Source of the DNA: Geosiphon pyriformis uo1
Lineage: Eukaryota; Fungi; Glomeromycota
Assembly: GCA_016748015.1 (NCBI GenBank)
Contig: JAAOMT010000508.1
Location: forward strand, 4,620-42,709
Direction: 5' to 3'
DNA: 38,090 nucleotides
The notes under the pieces were generated by a model that was not told the origin of the DNA, did not search any database, and saw only the letters and a list, made by a program, of their open reading frames with translations. Below are positions 12,956 through 23,410 of the stretch, in pieces. A program made the position numbers and the translations under genes. Positions within the stretch are counted from its first letter, which is position 1. Each line of letters begins with the position of its first letter.

Positions 12956-14666
12956 AACAGCAATATTACAGTCAACAGTGGCTTCGTAGTCAAGAATAAA
13001 GAGTTTGGATTTATTATACTGAATTGTGAAAATAACTTCTTTTTCAAAAAAACTTTTGACTCTTTTTTGGGAATTTTGGACGAAGGAGAGAAAGAAGTTT
13101 TGTTATTATTATAATAATAATAAAATTGTAAATATGTATTTTTTATTATAAAAATTAAAATAAATAATAAGTTATTAAAAATAAATAAATTTTAAAATTA
13201 AATATAATTATTAAATATTTGTATTATAATTAATAATTTATTTTAAATATTTTTTTATTTATTAATTATTATAAATAAGTTATTGTAATAAACTATAATA
13301 TTTACCTAAATTTTTTTTCTGTTTTTTTATTATGTTTTTATTTTAGTAATAAAGTTGTAATATAATAGTTTAAAAATATATTTATTAATATCATCTTTAA
13401 TTAGTTTTTTTTGTCTAAAATATTTGATATAAAATTTGTTAAAAAAAACTTTTTTCTTTTCTTTGTTTTAAATTCCCAATAAAGAGTCAAAAAAGTTCTT
13501 TGAAAAAAGTTTTTTACCATTTAGTACAATAAATTTAAACCATTTTTGCTTAATTATAAGACCACTATTGGCCTTAGTATTGCTGTTATAAAAAAAGTTG
13601 TTAAAGATTTTGGTTCAGTCAATGGTTTTAAACCTGTACTGTCAAGAAAAAAGAGAAGAGGTGGTACTTTGAAAGATAATGTTAAGACTAAAAAAGTTTT
13701 TGCTAAAGTAGTAGATAATTGTTTTTGGTGTTTAAATATTAGTAATATTATTAAATTTGATAGTGTTAACATAAAAGAAGAGTGTTTTATTAAAGAGACC
13801 AGTTTTAATTATGGAAGTAGAACCACTTTTGATAACAAAAATGCTGACCAGATGCCAAAAAACTTACATATTAAAACCAAAAAAGTGTTGAAAAAACCAT
13901 TAAGCAAAATAAATTTTTTAAGTAATAGTGATAATAATAATATTCTGTTAGATGTTTTTCTAGATTTCTCTTCTTTTTTGAAAATTTTGGTTAACATTCT
14001 GGTTAGGAAATTGTTTGTTTTGAATATTGGCTTGGATAAGATAATTAAAAATTTCTCTGAAAAAAAACTGGTAACAATTAAAAAATTATTTTTAAAAATC
14101 AATAAGTTTGAAAAAATTTTTACTTCCTCAAAATTTGCTGAGATTATCCAAGCAATATTTACTTTTAAATTAAGCTTGGCTCAAGTATTTGATATGGCTA
14201 TGAATACAAAAACTGCAGTAAATACCAATCTCAAAAAATTTATTAAGCATTCAGATTGGGCTGTAGTTGTAAAAGAAATCTTAATTAAAATGTTAGCTGA
14301 GACTGTGCATATTGCACTGTCTGAGTTTGAAATGATTAAGTTGATCAACATGTAATTAGTAGGGCTGTAACAAAAAGCTGTAATAGAATTTAAACAATCA
14401 GATCATGCTAATTTGGTTGTAACTAAATAGTCTGTCTTAATTGGAAAAAATGCTATATATGTTGCTAAAGCTAATATGAACAAAAAATCTTAAGATACAA
14501 AAAACAATTATAAGACACGGTTATACAGTGAACTTTTTTTATAATCACATTTTTTGGTTAGCACATTTGTGATAACTATAGAGAGATAGAACTATAAAAA
14601 ATGATTAATATCTTATTACATGATCTATATATTATATGCATAATATAATAACCAATTATATATTTT

Positions 14667-15777
14667 TTATTTAAAAAAGCTATCTATTTGCAACTGTTTT
14701 TTTTCTTCTTGAACTTTAAGAACAGTATTATGAATTAATATTCTCAAAGTTTTAAAAAAATTTGAATCAACTTTTTTACTATACTGCTTTTTACAATAGT
14801 GCAATGTATTTTCAAGTGCAGTTTTACCTTAATGTGTAGATAGCAAAGGCAAAGGTTCAGCTTTATCTTTACTTTCTAAATCTTTATTAGCATTAGAATT
14901 TCTACTATATTTGTTGTTAATAAGATCTACAATTTCATTCTTTGAGACATAAATAAATAATAGTTCAAACTTGTTATAATATTAATGAAGTCTATTGCCA
15001 ATAGTTTGTTAATATCAATGTGTTCAATAAGAACTTGTACTTCTTGTAGGAGTTTTTGTTTAATATCTAATAGATGGGCTAGCATTTAATTATTATTCAG
15101 AATTTTTGTATGACACCAACAGTTTTGGATTGTAGTTGTTGTTATTGCTAACCATACATTAATTAGAAAGTTAATCATATCTTTTAATGTTACTGTTAAT
15201 ATTGGAATCTTGCTATTATACTGATTAATAAGATGGAAAGAAAAGAAACAACTTTTGGTATTGTGTCTTAAAAAATGCAATAATTCCTGTATCTAATAAT
15301 TGTAAATAAGATGTTGTATTGAATGGTAGATATCTAATCATAATATTAGATAATATGGAAGATTTTTTACCATGGAAACCAGTATTATCAAGCAATAACA
15401 AATTTTTTTTTTTATAATGCATTTCTTTATTTAATAAATTAAGCCATTCACTAAAAATATCAGTTCACATCCATGCTTTTGTATTGGTAAAATTTCCAAG
15501 AGAGCACTATTTGCTTTGCCATGTATCTTAATGTGGTGCAAATTATAGTGCATTATTTATCTTTTGTTAATTGACCAAAGTTGTCAGATACATTCTTTTC
15601 AATCCATCGGTCTAATTTCACAAATATCTTTATTATAGTGGAGCAATCAATCTTTAGATTAAATATCTTGATAAGTCTATTTACTGAGTAGTCAGGATGT
15701 TTTAGTTTGTACTAACAGAGAGTCTTTTTAGTTTCCAAGGAAATTGCTGCTTGCTTTTGGTTTGCATTTTTTGACAT
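14667..15777 (-). pseudogene. pogo/CENP-B-like DDE_1 transposase, internally deleted
   Basis: N-terminal MSKNANQKQAAISLETKKTLC..IDCSTIIKI (CENP-B HTH-like); TKAWM.TDIFSEWL; LLLLDNTGFH; YLPFNTTSYLQLLDTGIIAFFK; TIQNCW; C-terminal QLQIDSFFK. Confidence 0.88.
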
Positions 15778-16309
15778 ATTAATAAAAATACACTTTTTAT
15801 TGTATTTTGCTTTTATAATGCATTGATGTATCTGTTATGTCTCAAATGTAATTTTGCCTTATATCTAATCAGACATGTGAGGTGTCTTATGTTATATGAG
15901 GTGCCTCAGATTATAAAAAGTGGCCAAATTATAAAAATGAAGATTTTAATTTAACTATAAGATTCTAAATGCAAATGACAGATTTTCGGTAAAAAAAAAC
16001 CTAATTTTAATAATACATCTGTAACACTTTTTGTCTCTTACCTCCAACTGATGATTAATAATGAAGACTGTCAATTTAATCCTCTGCATATTTATATAAT
16101 TGTGTAGAAGATAACACAATGTCATGTTGTTAAGCCCCCCAAATACAGCAATGTCTATATCAATTAAAATATCGATATAAAATACTTTGCACAATGTCAG
16201 AGATATTGAAGTGAAAGTCAATTGCAGTTTTTTTAAAAATGTCATATTCATTATAAGTTATGGGATTTGATATGTAATATATATAGGCATACAATGGTTT
16301 TCAAATTAA

Positions 16310-17130
16310 TATGGCCATATGTTGTTTTTAAGGAAAATTCATCTGTTAAAGGTTACTTAGTATAGGCCCAAAATGAAACAGATCCCATATTTAAGTTAAA
16401 GTATAAACAAATTTTTTTTTATTTACAAGCAATTATTAACTTTTGTACTGGAGTTTATTTTAATAAGTCTTCATTAAAACTTGTGGCTAGATGAATGTTT
16501 GCACCAATTTGGTCTGCTTGGTACCATCTTATTTACCAATTAATTGAAATTGCTAATAAAGAACAATAGTTACAATTGAAGCCTGAAGTTTGCAAGCTAA
16601 TTCAAAAAAGAATTGTAATTTCTTAATCTAAACTTTCAAATCAACATCAAAACTATGATGCAATACTTAAAAAAATTAACAAAACACTCAAATTGTTGAT
16701 TCTTTCTATACCTTCACAATGGCATTGGAAAATTGCAGTAAATAACTGTATTAAATTTGAGAGATTGTGTACTAACCTCTTTAATGTCATTAGATATTCT
16801 AAAAGTAAAATATACAGATTTCGTACATGTCTTAGCTTTATTGCTGAATCAAATCAATTTCGAGTTCAGATAAGAAAGACATAGTTTGTAAATTCAAATG
16901 TCTTTAATTGTGTTTTTCATAATATTGGCCATGAATGGATATTAAGTAAAGAAATGAAAAAATTCAATAAAATTGCACAGATAAAAAAAATAGACTTTTT
17001 TAAAGCAAAACAAATTAAAAAAACATTGTTAAGTACTTGGAAACCAATTCTAGTAACAAGTGAAAAAGCAGATCATCAAAAAATATAAATCTGTTAATAA
17101 AATTACAATTATTTATTATTAACTTTCTAA
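16310..17130 (+). pseudogene. Remnant of an unrelated, probably transposase-like (DUF6589-like) gene inside the pogo element
   Basis: Long frame with transition-type stops: IWPYVVFKENSSVKGYLV*AQNETDPIFKLKYKQIFFYLQAIINF...MFAPIWSAWYHLIYQLIE...NQHQNYDAILKKINKTLK...HWKIAVNN. Family identity uncertain. Confidence 0.45.
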
Positions 17131-19188
17131 TACCTCTTTTAAGTAATCATGTTTTTGAAGCTTATCAAGTTAATTGTGTGACAGTCTAATAAATATCTTT
17201 CAAGAAGTTAGAAATATATTGTATTGTGTATAGTTTTGTTTATGTTGAGTTGGGTGCATTACTATTTATAATTGGTATTTTTAAAACATGATATGTTGAG
17301 TTTAGATCTGAATTTCTATTCTGTGTGATTATGTTTGAATTATAAAAAGCATTTAACATAGATTTATTTGCCCCAAAAAAGTTGATTTTTAATACATCTT
17401 TAAAACTATCAGTTAAACTTTTGCTTACTAATACTAAATATTGGTCAAATGATGAATATGATTATTATTATAGAGCCCTTTTTTAATCACGGATGTCAAA
17501 GTTAGTGTAAAAATGTATTTATTGGGTATATATTGGAATCCTCATGCTCTGAGTTTTATTACTGGTTATATTTCTCTTTCTAAAAAAAGGTAAATTTGAA
17601 CTCTGTTTTCAGTTGATTTGTTCAAGCAATGTCCTATTAACAAATTTGTTCCCAAAGGATCTCATTGGACCATTATTTTCACTTGTAGGTCTGTTAATTT
17701 TTTTTCCCAATATGAAGAAAAAGTAATCTTGTTAACCAAAGTTTGATCAGAGTAACTTTATTGATACCCACAGCAACAGTCTCCAAAGCATTACCAGCCT
17801 CTGAAGCACCACCAGTCTCCAAAGCACCAAGAGCAGCAGTACTGTATCATATATCAACTATTATTAAAACTCTTATAATATCTGCAAACACAAACCAGAT
17901 ATAATAGTTCTGTTATTGTCTTCTGATGATAGTGGCAGCTTATAAAGAAGAAGAGTAATTGAATGTTGTAATATTTCAGAAATTTTGTTTAGTGTTCTAC
18001 AATCATTTCCAGAAACTTTTCTAATTTTTTTTACTACCATAAAAAGAATGATTTTCATTGACAAATCAGGAAATTTCTCTGACTGTATATGTCCAATTAA
18101 ATATGAGATAATATCTGATGTTCATATCTAATATCATATAATTATAGTATAACTATAAAGAGTGAAAATTACTTATATTCTGCTATAATATTTGTGGAGA
18201 TAAAGACTATAAGGAGATATATATAGTAAAAGTGACTATAAAAAGATAATATTATATATAAATAGTTTTGGTTTTTAAAAAAATGTGATTATAAGAAGAT
18301 AATGACTATAACCAGAGAAACTATAAAGAGAGTTCACTATATATTTTGCTGATAGAAACCAATGCACATAATATTTGAGATTATGTTATTTTAGTGGATA
18401 AGAAAACTTGTGTTATTAACTGTTATCTAGTTATATATACTTGGCCAGATATGTAGCTATATGCTTTGACTTTGTTGATTTATTGAAAGCTGTCATGATA
18501 ACTACATCTGTGCTAAGGGGCACCAATCTATACTGGTCTTATTTGAGATCTGTCAAATGTGTGAAGTATGGAAATTTGGATCATATGTCTTTGAACTGTT
18601 TTATAAATGAGAATTTTTTCTTTAGTTGTTCTTCTTATAAGATATTATTGAACACAGATAAAAGCAAGTTGGCAGCCATTTATGTTAAACATTTAGCACC
18701 AATTACTTATTCTGTTTTTTTGGTTATGTCTCTTGGGCCAAGATTGTTGGTAGGTCTTTTTTCCCTCTTTTTTTTGCATAAAATGGCTTGGTTAATTTTG
18801 GTTCTTTTTTGAAGATAAAACTTATTCTGCTGGTGTTCATAAAATTGAATGATAGATTTGCCACTCTTAAGCATAGTCTTGTCAGCTTTACTAAACATGT
18901 TAATAAGTTGGCTAAGAGATTAAACACATCTAAACCAATGGTTTTCTAGTTTAGTTTTAAATATTAGCCATTAGTAACTTTTTCTTTACAGAATCAAGGA
19001 GTGAATATAATGATAAGTAAGAGTTTAGATGTAATTACTAGTAGTAAAACTATTGTGAATGCAGTGAATTTTGATCCATCAGTTATTTTGAAACTGAAAA
19101 ACACTTTGAACAATCTGTTAGTTACAGTTATGAATCTATTAGCTAAAATAAACAATGTTAGTCTGGCTTCTATTGTTCATCTTTTTCA

Positions 19189-21728
19189 ATAATAGATCTG
19201 GTGTAGAAATTTGTTATGTGTAATGTTTGAGACATTAATGTCTCTGCAAAACAAAAGAATATTGTTTGTTGGCATATGAATTTAAGTAATATAGTTTTTA
19301 TTATTATTGAGACAAAATTAAGATTTAATATTAAGCCATAAATTATAAACAAATTTGATGGAATCCAAATCTTAACATCTGGTTTGGATAAGAGTTTTCT
19401 TGGTGCTGAAGTAACTATTATTGTGAACAATTTTCTGGCTTAACATGTGTCTAAAGTGGAAAAAATTCTTGATAGAATTCTGTTAGTTAAGTTTTTGTTT
19501 AAAAAAAAGTTGTTAGTTATAGTTCTAGGTTTGTATGTTAGTGCTTCTGCCAAAATAAGGTTTGGTTAGACATCTGTTGTTAATTTTTTTATTGCCAATG
19601 TGGTCAACAATAGTATTTTTATGGTGTTAAATAAAAATTTCAATAAGAATAGTACTAGAAAGAATACAAGTTTCAAGTTTTGTATGGACTTAAGGTTGAT
19701 TAACTCGTTTTGCAGATATTCATTAGTCAAGACTTCTATTTAGAGCAATTTCAAAGGCATTAAAAAGGTTATTGATTTTATTTTTATAAGTAAAAACCTG
19801 ACATTTGCAGTTATATTGCATAAAGTTAATAATGTGCTAGGGTTTTTTAATACAAACTATAAGACAGTTTTAATCTTAGTCAGTTTAAGTAGACTTCTGA
19901 ATACTTATTTTAACAATATTCATAAGCAAACCAACTAAAACTGGTAAAAATTCAAGTTGGAAAATGCAAATAAGGCCCAGTGGTTGTATTTCAAGAAGCA
20001 TTTTTTTGCTAAGTTGTTGGTGAAATCAAGCATATTTAAGATTGCAAAAGACAAAAGTGACTTGGATACAATATAGAAAGTGCTGAAAAAAACCATAATA
20101 TAAGTTGCTAATAGGGTATTTTCTAAAGCTTGGTTTAGTAAGTTTGATTGTTCAAAAAACATTCTTCAAGATTTTTTAAGTTGAAACAGCTTGTTGTTAA
20201 GATTATAAAGTATTAGAACTCTGAAATCTTTCAGTTTTAATTGTTTGGTCAAAATTTGGTCAGCTATTAATAAGATTGTAACATCTAAGATTGTTGACAT
20301 GATTCTGGATAGTGTGAATTCAATAGAATTGGTTAAACATTTGGAAGGGGTATTAAAAGTCTAAGTATTATAAGTCAAAGACTATTAAAGATATGGTTAT
20401 CAGAAAAATAATTGACTGTTATATAAAAAATTTCTGTTCTAACAAAAGATAGATGATTAAAAGCATCTTGAAATGTCCATTTCACAAGATTGTTTTGGAT
20501 CACTTGATAGTTGAGCTTAATAAAGTGAAACTTAAAGTGGATAAAATTATGATAAGATAGACAAGAAAATGGTCAATGCTTTTAAGAATGTCTGATCTTT
20601 GGTCTTATCAATATATGCTTTTGCACTATATAGACAATAATGCTTTTTTAAGTGTTATAAAAGTAATTGATATAAGAGAGCTGTCTTTAGTTGTTGGTAA
20701 TTTGCCAAATAATAAAGCTGCCAGATTGTTAGAAATACCTAATAAGCTTTAAAAGCATTATGATAATAAGGTATTGGTGTGTTTTTTGGGATTATTGAAT
20801 TTATGTTTGACTTTAAGTGTGGTTCCAACTTCCTGGAAAAGGGTGTGAATTTTAATAATTCTGAAATCTTATAAATAAAATAAAGTTTTAACAAATACTA
20901 GATCTATTGTATTAGTCTAAATAGTTCATAAGATCTTGTTAAAAATTTTCTCTAATCAGATATTATCAGCTTATAGCAAGTTTGACATTCTTTATGGTAA
21001 TAATTTTTTGGTGTTGAAAGGTACTTTGACTTAGTCTTCTATTTTTACTGTTAGATTAGTTGTCAAGAATGCTCTAGAAAAAAACAAAGAGCTTTAATTA
21101 ATACTACAGAATATGTGCAAAGCTTATGATTCAGTGAGCTGGCATCATTTAAAGGCTAGCTTGTATTATATCAAAATGTGTGATCAGTTTATCAGCTTTT
21201 TTGGCAATATTTATGAAGATCAGTTCAATAGAGTAATAACAGATTTTGGACTCTTGAGTGGTTATAAAGTTCATAATAGTTTGAATTAAAATGAAGTGTT
21301 TTCTGCACTTTTTTAAAAAATATTTTATGATCTACTTTTGTGCAAGATAAAAAAACATAAGTACTTGTGCAAATACAGAATTGTTACTAAGTTTGTGATC
21401 AAGTCTGGCAGAGTTGAAGCTGTTAGAGAGAAAACTTCTTTTTTTGCTATTAGTGCCTTTGTTGATGATACAATTTGAATCAAAAGTTGTTAAGCTTTTG
21501 CATAGTACATTTTGAATATTGCTAGTGAGTTCTTTGTTGTCAATAATATTTCAATTAATAATAATAAGATGGTGGCTATTCTTATTAATCAAGATGTCAA
21601 AACTGTTTCACTTTTGATTAATGGCCTGCTAATTTCAATTGTTAAAAAAAGTAAATTACACAAGTACTTTGGAATTTTTTTGTTTACTAAAAGTTTTTTC
21701 AAGTCTAGCTTGGCTCAGACTTATATGG
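19189..21728 (+). pseudogene. LINE copy 2 ORF2 (APE + RT), heavily mutated and truncated by Gypsy B
   Basis: (M>I)IDLV*KFVMCNV*DIN...ETKL; KVIDFIF; NMCKAYDSV; AFVDDT; KYFGIF. Confidence 0.88.
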
Positions 21729-21780
21729 TATTATCCAAGTAAAAAAACTGATCCAAAGTTATGAAAAAACGTAACCAAAA

Positions 21781-21900
21781 CATGACATAATACAGAATAG
21801 TGCACAATAATATAGGATAACACAGGATAATGCATTATAACATAGAATAACACAGAATAATATGTAATAATACCAGATAATATGTTATAACATAGAATAA
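21781..21900 (+). repeat. 10-bp-period degenerate tandem repeat (CAYAGAATAA-like, about 12 units) in the Gypsy B LTR
   Basis: catgacataa tacagaatag tgcacaataa tataggataa cacaggataa tgcattataa catagaataa cacagaataa... Confidence 0.85.
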
Positions 21901-22390
21901 CTAGTACTAATATAGAAAAACGAAACAATAACAGAAATAGCAAAGCAATAGTTAGCAATAACAGAACAATCAGAAAGCAATCCTGTAAAACCAAAAGAAT
22001 ATATAAAAATGAGTAGTTAAGAAAAGTAGAAAGACAAATAGATACAAACCACTAGACAAAAATCAAATATCCTTATCTCTTTTATCATTTATTCTATTCT
22101 ATTTTCATCTTCTGAAATAAATTAATTATTGAAAAATCAGAATCACAAATTTATGTTCTCAAACTTTGTAAATTTTACATAAATTAACCATTGTTTTGTA
22201 TTTTCATTCCAGAACAGATGCTCTTAACATAATCACCTCAAACTATTAATGATTTGGACTAATTGCTCTTGATTATAACAATTAACAATACTAATTTTAT
22301 TTTTCTTTTATTTTTCTTTTATTTTTATTTATTTTTATTTATTTATTTTATTCTTTGTGGAATAGCAACATAGTAAAATTGACTGTTTGG

Positions 22391-23365
22391 TGTTATCAGA
22401 CGAAATTAGAGATATTATTTAGCATGAAATTATCTTTATTCTTATCATTAATTAGCATATATTATCATTTCAAATTATCACTTATTACATTAGCAAAATG
22501 TCCGAAATTATCATTTAATTAATAACCCAATTTGCACATAACACAAATGTAACCTAGGTGCAATAATCAATCATGCAACACCCTGAAATATGTAACATTC
22601 AAAAGTTTGCCGAAATTTGTAGAAATTTGCCAAAATAATTAATAGTTCATTGAAATATCTAATAGTTTGCAGAAATAACTTGTAGTTTGCCAAAATGTAT
22701 CTTTAGTTCAGCAAAATTGTAGAAAAGAGCAAAGTTCAAGTTCATAAAATAATGTTACAACAAGTTGTATAAAAGAAGAGCTTCTTTTGTCGAAAAAATG
22801 TATTTTACTTTAGATTTATCACTTAAAACCATTCCTATATACACAAAAAGAAATAAATATCAAATAATTCGAAAAACCAAATTCTTTAATTATTACACTT
22901 GGAAAATCCTTAAAACCCAACTAACGTTTTGAAATTGATTAGCTACCAATTTCAGTAAACTGTTAGTGACTCCAGGCCTGGATAGAAAACATTTCCCTTG
23001 ATAGAATTCTATTTCTTTTACATTTCTTTTATTTTCTTGTATTTTCTTATTACAATCATTAAAGTAGCCTACAGATGAGATTCCTGTAGAAGAGTTGACT
23101 TTCACAGCAAAGTAACTACACATTTTAGTGAGCTTCCAGACAAGCAATTCCTGGGAAAGAGTTGACATTTACTACAATGTAACTACATAAAGTGACTGGC
23201 ACGGAATTGGCCATTTCACTTATAAGCCCAACAAGTTCAAATTATAGAAGATAATTTGAAGATAAATTCAGTTACTAGAGGTCCAACTACTTCCTAGAAA
23301 CGTGAATTCACAGCAAATCAACATTAACAACATTCAAGAAAAGAGACCAAAAACCTCCAATAACA
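22391..23365 (+). repeat. Gypsy A 5' LTR
   Basis: TGTTATCAG...CAATAACA; colinear with 31282-32256. TATA-like TATAAAAG at about 22768. Confidence 0.96.
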
Positions 23366-23367
23366 TT

Positions 23368-23377
23368 TGGTGCTCTC
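23368..23377 (+). promoter_or_regulatory. Primer-binding site TGGTGCTCTC (Gypsy A)
   Basis: Begins 2 nt after the LTR with TGG, complementary to tRNA CCA, and is identical in element B. The cognate tRNA (3' end ...GAGAGCACCA) was not identified. Confidence 0.85.
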
Positions 23378-23410
23378 TCACAGAAACAACACAACAAAAA
23401 CAACTTCAAA

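Larger units (their letters stand above)
5498..13109 (-). mobile_element. Full-length non-LTR retrotransposon (LINE copy 1): ORF1 plus APE-RT-RNase H-CCHC ORF2, with poly(A) tail
   Basis: T-run at about 5497-5511 is the poly(A) on the minus strand. Candidate TSD TATAATAATAAT at 5486-5497 and 13110-13121 (low complexity). The 5' UTR is homologous to that of LINE copy 2. Confidence 0.92.
14526..18339 (-). mobile_element. pogo/Tigger-like (Tc1/mariner superfamily) DNA transposon, 3.8 kb
   Basis: TA target duplication (14524-14525, 18340-18341). TIRs CAGTGAACTTTTTTTTATA and TATAAAGAGAGTTCACTA. Multiple subterminal ACTATA(A/G)AGAG-like motifs at both ends. Confidence 0.9.
13588..19192 (+). pseudogene. 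LINE copy 2 ORF1, split by the pogo-like element
   Basis: Start mutated ATG>ATA. Removing 14526-18341 rejoins YKTRL|YILLIETNAH, homologous to copy 1 FRALLHIFPVETTAH. Degenerate knuckle CVKYGNLDHMSLNC at about 18558-18599. Confidence 0.85.
13450..21728 (+). mobile_element. LINE copy 2 (same lineage, more decayed), interrupted by a DNA transposon and cut at 21728 by Gypsy B
   Basis: 5' UTR AAATTCCCAATAAAGAGTCAAAAAAG matches copy 1. ORF1 (GFKPVLSRKKRRGG) and ORF2 align with copy 1. RT AFVDDT near 21460. Confidence 0.92.

Noticed and set aside
21731-21994. Hydrophobic, membrane-like 87-aa ORF on the minus strand
   Set aside because: Antisense translation of the A-rich 10-bp repeat in the B LTR.
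22893-23168. Similar minus-strand ORFs in both A LTRs (also 31781-32038)
   Set aside because: The similarity just reflects LTR duplication. No motif or evidence of selection.
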